From: an uncultured Limimaricola sp.
Lineage (GTDB): Bacteria > Pseudomonadota > Alphaproteobacteria > Rhodobacterales > Rhodobacteraceae
Assembly: GCF_964022235.1 (NCBI RefSeq)
Contig: NZ_CAXHZL010000006.1
Coordinates: forward strand, 65,300-129,299
Length of the DNA stretch: 64,000 nucleotides
Direction: 5' to 3'
Shown: in pieces, positions 30,290-37,938 of the stretch
How positions within the stretch are numbered: position 1 is the stretch's first letter
Layout of the letters: every line of letters starts with the position of its first letter
Made by a program: the position numbers and the translations under genes
Notes under the pieces: model-generated
The model's database searches: none
The model's input: the letters and a program-made list of their open reading frames with translations, nothing else
What the model was told of the DNA's origin: nothing

Positions 30290-30649
30290 ATGACGCATGC
30301 CGTAGCCTCCGACGCCACCCGTTCTCCGGCCCCGGCCCAAGAGCATCAGGCCCACCCGATCCGGCTCTATGTCATCTGCTGGTGCCTGCTCTTCGTGCTC
30401 AGCGCGGCCTCTTACATGGTCGATTACGCGCAGCTTCAGGGGCTGCTGCGCTGGGGCCTGATCCTGCTGTTCATGACCCTCAAGGCCGGGCTGATCGTCG
30501 CGGTGTTCATGCATATGGCGTGGGAGCGTCTGGCGCTGGTTTACGCCGTCCTGCTGCCGCCGCTGGCGGCGCTGGTCTTCATGGGGATCATGGTGGCGGA
30601 ATCCGGCTATACCCTGCAATCGCGCGAAGACCATTTCTCGACCGAATGA
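30290..30649 (+). CDS. Small oxidase subunit IV-like membrane protein (prokaryotic COX4 family)
   Basis: 119 aa, three TM segments, HPIRLYVICWCLLFVLSAASY is family-like. Position is the fifth gene of the oxidase operon. Confidence 0.65.
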   Translation: MTHAVASDATRSPAPAQEHQAHPIRLYVICWCLLFVLSAASYMVDYAQLQGLLRWGLILLFMTLKAGLIVAVFMHMAWERLALVYAVLLPPLAALVFMGIMVAESGYTLQSREDHFSTE

Positions 30650-30894
30650 GGCCGCGTCCGGTCAGGCTGCGGTCCACGGGGGCGGCTCGGAAGGCAACCC
30701 GAGGCTGCGCGACTGCGCTCGAAATCGACGCCGGATGCCCCCGAATTTGTCGCCGGATGTATCCGTTTGATCGGCTGCGACAACCGGCGACAAAGCCCGC
30801 GTGGCGCGGGGGTGTGATGGCTGTCACGAAGGCCCAAGTGATCGACAGGGCGCCGATGCCGGTGCCACGTCACTCAGAACAAAGGGCTGAACCC

Positions 30895-31473
30895 ATGAAA
30901 ACGACCAAGCTGATCCCGACCGCCTTCCTCGTCACCGCACTGCTCGGCGCCGGCGCCGCCGTCGCCACCGCGCAAAGCACCGCGCCGGCGCCTGAGGCCG
31001 CCACCACCCAGCAGGCCGCACCCGAGCGCGCCCCCGAGCAGGAACGCGGCGGCTTCATGCAGCGGATGCGCGGCGGTCACGATGGCGAGCGCGGCGGCAA
31101 GCATGGCGGCAAGGGTGGCCACGGTGAGCGCGGCGGGCGTCACGGTGGCGGCATGATGATGCAGCAGATCCTGACGCAGGCCGACACCGACGGCGACGGC
31201 AGCCTGACGCAGGCCGAGATCGACGCCTTCCGCACCGCGAAGGTGAGCGGCGCCGACACCGATGCCGACGGCGCGCTGTCGATCGAGGAGTTCGAGACGC
31301 TCCACGCCGAATTCACCCGCGACCGCATGGTCGACGCGTTCCAGGAACTCGACGCCGATGGTGACGGCGTGATCTCGGCCGAGGAACTCGACGCCCGCGT
31401 CGGCGGCCTCGTCGAGCGGATGGACCGCGACGGCGACGGCGCGCTCACCCCGGCCGACCGCGGCCGCCGCTGA
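30895..31473 (+). CDS. Secreted EF-hand calcium-binding protein with a His/Gly/Met-rich segment
   Basis: ATG at 30895 gives the signal peptide MKTTKLIPTAFLVTALLGAGAAVATAQ. Four DxDxDG loops (DTDGDGSL, DTDADGAL, DADGDGVI, DRDGDGAL). GGHDGERGGKHGGKGGHGERGGRHGGGMMMQQ stretch. Confidence 0.75.
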   Translation: MKTTKLIPTAFLVTALLGAGAAVATAQSTAPAPEAATTQQAAPERAPEQERGGFMQRMRGGHDGERGGKHGGKGGHGERGGRHGGGMMMQQILTQADTDGDGSLTQAEIDAFRTAKVSGADTDADGALSIEEFETLHAEFTRDRMVDAFQELDADGDGVISAEELDARVGGLVERMDRDGDGALTPADRGRR

Positions 31474-31481
31474 TCCAGGCA

Positions 31482-31501
31482 GCGGGGGGCACGCCCCCCG
31501 C
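31482..31501 (+). terminator. Perfect 8-bp G/C hairpin 9 nt after the EF-hand gene stop (no U-tract)
   Basis: GCGGGGGG-cacg-CCCCCCGC. Confidence 0.4.
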
Positions 31502-31838
31502 ATGCCGGCTGTCGGCGCGGCGACCCCCTCCCCGGTCGTCGCGCCGCTGGCAACACTCTGGCGTCAGGTCATCAGGACGCCGGATAGGCCGCATCGACGC
31601 TCGGCGCGCGGCATGCCGTGCCATCCGGCCAGAGGTAGATGTGTAGATGCAGGCACGCACCGGTGCGGTGCTACCGGACCGGGGCCGGGCCGGTGTAGAG
31701 CCGATGGTGTGCCAACATCTCCTTGGAGACTGGCGCGGATGTGGTCTATGCCACCAAGCACCTGCGTCGGCGCCAATGGCCGCACCTTTCGCGATCAGGC
31801 TCGCACGCCATACAGACCATCGGGAGACTTCGCAGACG

Positions 31839-32198
31839 ATGAGCCGCTTCCTGTCCTTCCTGCTCAGACGGCACCCTATTGCCTCTGGGCTTCTGGTCCT
31901 CGCGGTGGCGGTGCTCGTGGTCTTCGCATGGCAGTTCGCGGCTCAGGCGATCTACTTCAATGACCCCACACACCAGAATCCGGCGCTCGAGCTGTGGATG
32001 TCGCCGCGCTATGTTGGCCGGTCGTGGGACCTGCCTCCGCCGGTGGTCTTCGACATCATGCGGATGGACCATGATGCGCCACCGCATGACGGCCCACGTA
32101 CCCTGACCGAGGTTCTGTCGCGCACCGGGCTAACGCTCGAGGAACTGCAGGCGCGGGTCGAATCTGCCAAGACCGCGCTGGAGGCCCGCCGCCGATGA
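31839..32198 (+). CDS. Hypothetical small membrane-anchored protein
   Basis: Internal ATG at 31839 (MSRFLSFLLRRHPIASGLLVLAVAVLVVFAW...). ATGA overlap with the DedA start. No family recognised. Confidence 0.5.
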   Translation: MSRFLSFLLRRHPIASGLLVLAVAVLVVFAWQFAAQAIYFNDPTHQNPALELWMSPRYVGRSWDLPPPVVFDIMRMDHDAPPHDGPRTLTEVLSRTGLTLEELQARVESAKTALEARRR

Positions 32199-32800
32199 CC
32201 GAAACGCTGCTCGCCCTCGTGCCCACCTATGGCGTGTGGCTGATCATGGCCTCGGTGACGCTGTCGTGTCTGGCGCTGCCGATCCCGTCGTCGATGCTGG
32301 TAATGGCGGGGGGCGGATTTGCGGCGGCGGGCGATCTCTCCTACTGGCAGCTCGTCGTAGCGGCGGCGGCGGGTTTCATGCTAGGTGACCAGATCGCCTA
32401 TCACCTCGCCCGCGCGGGCGGCGCGCCGCTGATCGCACGGCTACAGCGGCGACCCAAGCCCGCGGGTGTTCTCGACGCGGCCCAAGGCATGATTGATCGG
32501 CGCGGGCTGGCAGCGGTGTTTCTGAGCCGCACGGTACTGAGCCCGGTCGGCCCTTATGTGGGCTTTCTCTCAGGAGCGCTGCGGCTCGACTGGCTGCGGT
32601 TCAGCGGCGCGGCGACGGCGGGGGCGGTGGTTTGGAGTCTGGGCTACAGCTCTCTCGGCTTTGGCTTTGCCAGTCGCATTCCCGAGATCGCCACGATGAT
32701 CGCCAATTCGGTCGGCGTCGTGCTGGCCGGGGCGGTCGTCATCGGGATCTGGATCTGGCTCTGGCACAGCTGGAAGGCATCGCAGGCCACAACGACCTGA
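32195..32800 (+). CDS. DedA/VTT-family membrane protein
   Basis: 201 aa. LPIPSSMLVMAGGGFAA...GFMLGDQIAYHLAR is DedA-like. Confidence 0.75.
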   Translation: MTETLLALVPTYGVWLIMASVTLSCLALPIPSSMLVMAGGGFAAAGDLSYWQLVVAAAAGFMLGDQIAYHLARAGGAPLIARLQRRPKPAGVLDAAQGMIDRRGLAAVFLSRTVLSPVGPYVGFLSGALRLDWLRFSGAATAGAVVWSLGYSSLGFGFASRIPEIATMIANSVGVVLAGAVVIGIWIWLWHSWKASQATTT

Positions 32801-32850
32801 CGCCCCTGACGCTGGCCCGCGATGGATCACTGTTCAGAGCGTCGCGTTGG

Positions 32851-33291
32851 TTAGACAGAGCTGAGCAGAATGCTGGTCTCGCTGTTGGTGATGCCCTGCA
32901 CGGCCCGCACCTCACGCAGCACCCGGTCGAAATCGGTCAGGCTCTCCGCCGAAAGCTGCGCCACCAAATCCCATTTCCCGTTGGTCGAATGCAGCTGGCG
33001 CAGCTCGGGCAGACCGCGCAGCCTGCGGATCACAGCCGTCGTTGACTGTCCCGACACCTCGATCATCATGACTGCGTGCACCCCATCGGGTCCGTGGTCC
33101 TGCCGGGCGCGCACGGTGAAACCGAGCACCGCGCCATTGTCGAGAAGCCGGTCGAGCCGCGCCTGCACCGTTGCGCGTGACACTTCGAGGATCGTTGCGA
33201 GCTTGGAAATCGGCGCGCGCCCGTCCTCGCGCAGGATCGCGATAAGCCGTCGGTCAAGGTCGTCGAAGACATGCATGTCATTCTTGCTCAT
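32851..33291 (-). CDS. Lrp/AsnC-family transcriptional regulator
   Basis: Internal ATG at 33291 (MSKNDMHVFDDLDRRLIAILREDGRAPISKLATILEVSRATVQARLDRLLDNGAV) plus a RAM domain. Confidence 0.88.
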   Translation of the reverse strand: MSKNDMHVFDDLDRRLIAILREDGRAPISKLATILEVSRATVQARLDRLLDNGAVLGFTVRARQDHGPDGVHAVMMIEVSGQSTTAVIRRLRGLPELRQLHSTNGKWDLVAQLSAESLTDFDRVLREVRAVQGITNSETSILLSSV

Positions 33292-33300
33292 CGTTACTAC

Positions 33301-33345
33301 GCAATATGCCACATATTGCATCTGCGACATTACAATATCGCAATG
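33301..33345. promoter_or_regulatory. AT-rich divergent control region with GCAATAT inverted/direct repeats (candidate Lrp operator)
   Basis: GCAATAT (33301-07), gccac, ATATTGC (33313-19), plus further CAATAT/GCAAT copies up to about 33345. Confidence 0.4.
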
Positions 33346-33404
33346 TAACGTGCAAATCCGCATGCTTTAGGCTGTCCATGATCCTACCGGCCCAAGGAAA
33401 AGCC

Positions 33405-34340
33405 ATGCCGCAGCCCTCGCCCCAGACTCCATGCGCCGTGGTAATGATCCGGCCGCACCGCTTCACGCCGAACGCTCAGACTGCGCTCGACAACAGCTTT
33501 CAATCCCCGGCGGCCGCTGCGGAGGCGGACGCAATTGCCCTTCGCGCCCATGCCGAGGTGACCCGCGCGGTGGGCCAGCTGCGACAGGCCGGCATCACCG
33601 TGCGCCTGTTCGAGGACGAGACCGCCGACACGCCGGATTCCGTGTTTCCGAACAATTGGTTCTCGACTCATCCCGGGGGCCATGTCGCGGTCTATCCGAT
33701 GTATGCGCCAAACCGCCGCGCCGAGCGTCGGGCAGACGTGCTCGAGATGTTGAAATCCCACTACCGTGTGCAGGACATCATCGACTATTCGGGGCTGGAA
33801 CCAGATGGCCTCTTTCTCGAAGGCACAGGCGCCATGGTGCTCGACCATGTCGAGCGCGTCGCCTATGCCGCGCGGTCCCGGCGCACCAGTGAGATCCTGC
33901 TCGAACGGTTTTGCACCCATTTCAATTATGAGCCGGTGGTCTTCGATGCGGTCGATGCCGCGGGGGCAGCGATCTACCACACCAATGTCCTGATGTGCAT
34001 CGGCACCGGCTTTGCGATGATCGGCCTCGACACGATCCGCAATACTGCGCGCCGGGGCGAGATCGCGGGTCGCCTGCGCGCGGGCGAGCGTGATCTGATC
34101 GAGCTGACCCATGCCCAAATTGGCGAGTTCGCTGGTAACGCGATCGAACTTGCGGGGCAAAGCGGGCCAGTGCTGGCACTTTCCGCTCGCGCGCTGGCCT
34201 CGCTCGATGCCGCGCAGCGCACTCGGCTCGAGCGTCGCGCCGACCTCCTGCCGCTCGACATTCCAACAATCGAGCTGGCTGGCGGCTCGGTTCGCTGCAT
34301 GCTGGCCGGACTGCATCTCAGCCCGCGCCAGACCCACTGA
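33405..34340 (+). CDS. Arginine-deiminase-related / amidinotransferase-fold hydrolase (CtlX-like citrulline-utilisation hydrolase or DDAH-like)
   Basis: ATG at 33405 with AAGGAAAAG upstream. VVMIRPHRFTPNAQTALDNSFQ N-terminus and C-terminal GGSVRCMLAGL (catalytic Cys motif of the guanidino-modifying superfamily). Confidence 0.7.
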   Translation: MPQPSPQTPCAVVMIRPHRFTPNAQTALDNSFQSPAAAAEADAIALRAHAEVTRAVGQLRQAGITVRLFEDETADTPDSVFPNNWFSTHPGGHVAVYPMYAPNRRAERRADVLEMLKSHYRVQDIIDYSGLEPDGLFLEGTGAMVLDHVERVAYAARSRRTSEILLERFCTHFNYEPVVFDAVDAAGAAIYHTNVLMCIGTGFAMIGLDTIRNTARRGEIAGRLRAGERDLIELTHAQIGEFAGNAIELAGQSGPVLALSARALASLDAAQRTRLERRADLLPLDIPTIELAGGSVRCMLAGLHLSPRQTH

Positions 34341-34360
34341 CCTTTCGAAAGGAACACCTC

Positions 34361-35410
34361 ATGTCCGCCCTGCCCTCCGACCTCGCCTATGTGCCCTTCG
34401 TTTCGGTGCAGAACATGATGGACCTTGTGCATCATATCGGCATTGAGCGCGTGCTGACCGATCTGGCCGCCGAAATTGAGACCGACTTCAAACGATGGGA
34501 GAGCTTCGACAAGACGCCGCGCGTCGCCTCGCATTCTCAGGTGGGCGTGATCGAGCTGATGCCCACCTCCGACGGCGAGATGTATGGCTTCAAATACGTG
34601 AACGGCCATCCCGAGAATACGCGCGAAGGGCTGCAGACTGTCACGGCCTTTGGGCTTTTGGCCGATGTGCACACCGGCTACCCCAAGCTTCTGTCGGAAA
34701 TGACCCTGCTCACGGCGCTGCGCACCGCCGCCACCTCGGCGCTGGTGGCGCGGCATCTCGCGCCCCGCGGTGCGCGGATCATGGCGATGATCGGCAACGG
34801 CGCGCAGTCCGAGTTTCAATGCCTCGCCTTCAAGGCCATCTGCGGCATCGACACGGTGCGTCTTTACGACATCGACCCCGCCGCCACCCGCAAAGCAGCG
34901 CGCAATCTCGAGTCCTCGGGCCTCACGGTGGTGTCCTGCGCTTCGGGCGAGGAGGCAATCGAAGGCGCGCAGATCATCACCACCTGCACCGCTGACAAGC
35001 AGTACGCGACGATCCTGACCGACAACATGGTCGGCAGCGGCGTGCACATCAATGCCATCGGCGGCGACTGCCCTGGCAAGACCGAGCTGCACCGCGACAT
35101 TCTTCTGCGGTCGCGGATCTTTGTGGAGTATCCTGAACAGACCCGCGTCGAGGGTGAGATACAGCAGCTCGACCCGGATCACGAGGTGACCGAGCTGTGG
35201 CAGGTCATGACCGGTCGCGCGCCCGGCCGCACCGATGAGCGGCAGATCACCCTGTTCGACTCAGTGGGCTTCGCCATCGAGGACTTTAGCGCACTGCGTT
35301 ACGTGCTCAAGGCGATCCAAGGCACGGCCTATTATACCGACCTCGACATGCTCGCCGACCCTGACGATCCGCGCGACCTTTTCGGCATGTTCCACCGCGC
35401 GGCCAGCTGA
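34361..35410 (+). CDS. ocd: Ornithine cyclodeaminase
   Basis: 349 aa, OCD/mu-crystallin family. FKYVNGHPENTREGLQTV, TALRTAATSAL and MIGNGAQSEFQ are typical. Confidence 0.88.
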   Translation: MSALPSDLAYVPFVSVQNMMDLVHHIGIERVLTDLAAEIETDFKRWESFDKTPRVASHSQVGVIELMPTSDGEMYGFKYVNGHPENTREGLQTVTAFGLLADVHTGYPKLLSEMTLLTALRTAATSALVARHLAPRGARIMAMIGNGAQSEFQCLAFKAICGIDTVRLYDIDPAATRKAARNLESSGLTVVSCASGEEAIEGAQIITTCTADKQYATILTDNMVGSGVHINAIGGDCPGKTELHRDILLRSRIFVEYPEQTRVEGEIQQLDPDHEVTELWQVMTGRAPGRTDERQITLFDSVGFAIEDFSALRYVLKAIQGTAYYTDLDMLADPDDPRDLFGMFHRAAS

Positions 35411-35513
35411 CCTTGTAAGCGTCCGCTTTCGGCTGCACCGCCCGGTCCTTCAAATGCGCGGCTCGATCGGCTAGGCCACGGTTCAGGTTCACCTGACAGG
35501 AGGCCAGCGCATC

Positions 35514-36188
35514 ATGCTGCCGTGGATTCATCTCGAAACGGCGGTGGCACCGCAGGGGGACACGCTGAGACTTCTGCGTCGGGGCGACGAGTTCTCGATT
35601 CGTTTAGGCGATGGAAACGAGTTGATGAGTAGCCGTCTCAGCGGCTCCGAGGAGGCCCTCGCCACCCTCGTCCTCGAGCGTCTGGCCGGCCGGCCCGCGC
35701 CGCGTGTGCTGATCGGCGGGCTCGGCATGGGTTTCACCCTGCGCGCAGCACAGGCCGCCGCGCCTCCGGCTGCACGACTGATCGTGTCCGAGATCGTGCC
35801 GGAGCTTGCCGACTGGGCCACCCGGCATATGGGATCGGTCTTCAAGGACAGCCTTTCGGACCCACGGGTCGAATTGCGGCTCGGCGATGTCGGGGCGGAG
35901 ATCCGCGCAGCCGATGGGGTCTACGACGCGATCCTGCTCGACGTTGACAACGGCCCCGATGGGCTGACCCGCGAGGGCAACGGCGCGCTCTATGGCGAGG
36001 CGGGCTTGCGGGCAGCGCGGCGGGCGCTGACCCCTCGCGGCATCCTTGCTGTCTGGTCCGCCGCTCAGGACTCGCGCTTTTCCAAACGACTGGGTCACAG
36101 CGGCTTTGAGGTGGAGGCGCAGAGCGTGCGCGCCGGTCGCACCAAGCGTGGCGCTCGCCATACCATCTGGCTCGCCACCCGCGCCTAA
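35514..36188 (+). CDS. Spermidine-synthase-like (class I methyltransferase-fold) protein
   Basis: 224 aa. LIGGLGMGFTLRAA...ILLDVDNGPDGLTR is typical of the short alphaproteobacterial spermidine-synthase-like family. Confidence 0.7.
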   Translation: MLPWIHLETAVAPQGDTLRLLRRGDEFSIRLGDGNELMSSRLSGSEEALATLVLERLAGRPAPRVLIGGLGMGFTLRAAQAAAPPAARLIVSEIVPELADWATRHMGSVFKDSLSDPRVELRLGDVGAEIRAADGVYDAILLDVDNGPDGLTREGNGALYGEAGLRAARRALTPRGILAVWSAAQDSRFSKRLGHSGFEVEAQSVRAGRTKRGARHTIWLATRA

Positions 36189-36255
36189 GACCGAGGTCAC
36201 CCGCCTGCCCCATTCCTGCGGTCCATAATGATCCGATCGCGGCTGGAACGTGGAA

Positions 36256-36271
36256 ATTGCCAATTGGCAAT
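36256..36271. promoter_or_regulatory. 16-bp perfect palindrome ATTGCCAATTGGCAAT (candidate parS centromere, copy 1)
   Basis: 10 nt beyond the rep stop. Forms a 21-bp identity (GGAAATTGCCAATTGGCAATC), in inverted orientation, with the copy at 40133. Confidence 0.6.
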
Positions 36272-36280
36272 CGGCGGAAA

Positions 36281-37333
36281 TCAGATTGGGTTCGCCTCGG
36301 CAAAACGCCTGAAGAACGCAAGGAACGCGCGATCGGGATCGTCTGCTGGCTCCTTGCCTTTCGCCCATTCCCGCCACTGGCCCTCGATGTTGTAGATGTC
36401 ATAGCCCGGAAACCGCAGGCGCGCCGTTTCGTAGGTTTCCGTCCGCAGTGCCTCCCCCTTGCGGTCGAGCCACGCTGGCCGCGCCCGGGGTTGGCCCTGA
36501 CCGCTCGACGACACGGCTCGCGTTGCCTCGGGCGCACTTTCCTCGGCAGAGCGCGCACGACGTCCGGTGCTGGCAAAGCTCAGGGCGCGCTCGGCCTTGC
36601 CGGTCGCGTCGCCATCCTTGCGCCACCACTTTAGCTCGACATGGGTCACACTACGCCCGGTCTTGATCGGCAATATCTCGACCATGTAGTCCGACAAGGC
36701 GCAGACCTCGGCCACCGCCGGATCGATGGCGCGGAGCCGCAGGTTGGACCATGAGGTCAACTTGCCCCGGGGTACGCCCAACACGCCGCGCAGCCCGTCG
36801 AGGGTGAAGGTCTCGGACGACTTCCAACGCAGGTTGCCGCGTTTTTGCACCATCTCATAGAGTGTCAGCGCATATTTCGAGGACAACGCGAACATCACCT
36901 CGCGCTGCAACCGCGCAAAGACGGTGGAATTGCCGATCACCTTGCGCAGCCGTGCCGGGATCTCATACTCGAACAACCCGTCACCGCGCGCCATTTCGAC
37001 GTTGCCGCCGAGAAGCTGCACGCGCTCCACGGCGGGTTTGCCGTCCCACATAACCTCCATCTTGACGATCGCGCTCATCAGGCGTTCGATCGACTCTCCG
37101 ACCCTGTCGTTGGAGTTGTGGTTGCCGCGCAGATCCAGCTTGGAAATGACATGCATCACCGGCTTGTCGATCGCATCCCAGGCGTTCTCGAGAAGTTGGT
37201 TGTAGATCCGCCGGTCGGCCAGCGTCAGCGGCGTGACCTCTATGAGGTCCACCAGTTCACCCGGTTTGATCAGGGTGTCGGCACTCGGTCGGGCATCGAC
37301 GGTCCGGTAGGTTGGTTTGGGCAATTTGACCAT
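36281..37333 (-). CDS. Plasmid replication initiator (iteron-binding winged-helix Rep; Rhodobacteraceae RepA/RepB-type, not RepC)
   Basis: 350 aa. SKYALTLYEMV...FTLDGLRGVLGV...WSNLRLRAIDPAVAEV...ILPIKTGRSVTHVELKW resembles Rep_3/RPA-type initiators. Divergent from parAB, with iterons in between. Confidence 0.75.
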   Translation of the reverse strand: MVKLPKPTYRTVDARPSADTLIKPGELVDLIEVTPLTLADRRIYNQLLENAWDAIDKPVMHVISKLDLRGNHNSNDRVGESIERLMSAIVKMEVMWDGKPAVERVQLLGGNVEMARGDGLFEYEIPARLRKVIGNSTVFARLQREVMFALSSKYALTLYEMVQKRGNLRWKSSETFTLDGLRGVLGVPRGKLTSWSNLRLRAIDPAVAEVCALSDYMVEILPIKTGRSVTHVELKWWRKDGDATGKAERALSFASTGRRARSAEESAPEATRAVSSSGQGQPRARPAWLDRKGEALRTETYETARLRFPGYDIYNIEGQWREWAKGKEPADDPDRAFLAFFRRFAEANPI

Positions 37334-37380
37334 GAGGGCGCCAGCTCGGGTTACCTGTTTCGCTTACTTATGTATGCTGT

Positions 37381-37628
37381 GACGCGTAAGTCAATTGCCC
37401 CGTTCGGGATGCCTCAAACCCGATACGTAAGTGTTGAGGCCGCATACGGTGCCGCGCGCGATTCGCAACACCCTGCAAAACAGGGCTTTGCGAAGGGGGG
37501 CGATTCTCAAGGCATAGCCCACCCCAAACGTAAGTCTTGGGCCACCCGATACGTAGCGCCAGCCCACCCGATACGTATCGCCAGCCATCCCCAAACGTAG
37601 GCCAAACCATCCCAAGACGTAAGCCAAA
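37381..37628. repeat. Iteron array (oriV candidate): ACGTA-core repeats, five of them tandem at 22-bp spacing
   Basis: ACGTA cores at 37425, 37528, 37551, 37573, 37595 and 37617, plus GCGTAAG at 37384. The units GCCACCCGATACGTAGCGCCAG and CCCACCCGATACGTATCGCCAG are near-identical, as are CCATCCCCAAACGTAGGCCAAA and CCATCCCAAGACGTAAGCCAAA. Confidence 0.7.
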
Positions 37629-37664
37629 GGCCCCTCAACGCCCATAGGGGCAGGGATCGAGCCG

Positions 37665-37730
37665 TCTTGAACAGAGAACCCTAGAATCCAGAACAGGGTT
37701 TTTTGGATTCAGTTTTCGGAAGATTGGCGC
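37665..37730. other. AT-rich segment with nested inverted repeats next to the iterons (candidate DNA-unwinding element)
   Basis: AACCCT (37677-82) pairs with AGGGTT (37695-700), and GAATCCA (37684-90) with TGGATTC (37704-10). T-runs present. Clearly less GC-rich than its surroundings. Confidence 0.4.
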
Positions 37731-37938
37731 TTCATGAGCCTGTCAGGCTACAAATTGGGGGCAGGGCAGAGTACTCCGCCGTGAGAGTATCGCACTCCTA
37801 GATCAATACCCCCCAAGTGCGGTTTTCGGGACACCTTGGGGTCAGGTTCGGTCTTTCAACGGCATCGCTGCCAATACCGCACTTTACCTCACCGCCCCGA
37901 CACTGCATTTTCTGGGAAAAATCGGGGGCATTGAGACC

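Noticed and set aside
30382-30894. N-terminal 171 codons of ORF 30382..31473
   Set aside because: They overlap the subunit-IV-like gene and a repeat-rich spacer. The ATG at 30895 yields a clean signal peptide.
36399-36666. Short ORFs overlapping the 3' part of rep on both strands
   Set aside because: Arg/Gly/Pro-rich with no start context. The rep frame is clearly the coding one.
37677-37704. AACCCT...AGGGTT + TTTT read as a plus-strand intrinsic terminator
   Set aside because: Nothing is transcribed into it from upstream on the plus strand, because rep is on the other strand. Better interpreted as part of the AT-rich origin region.
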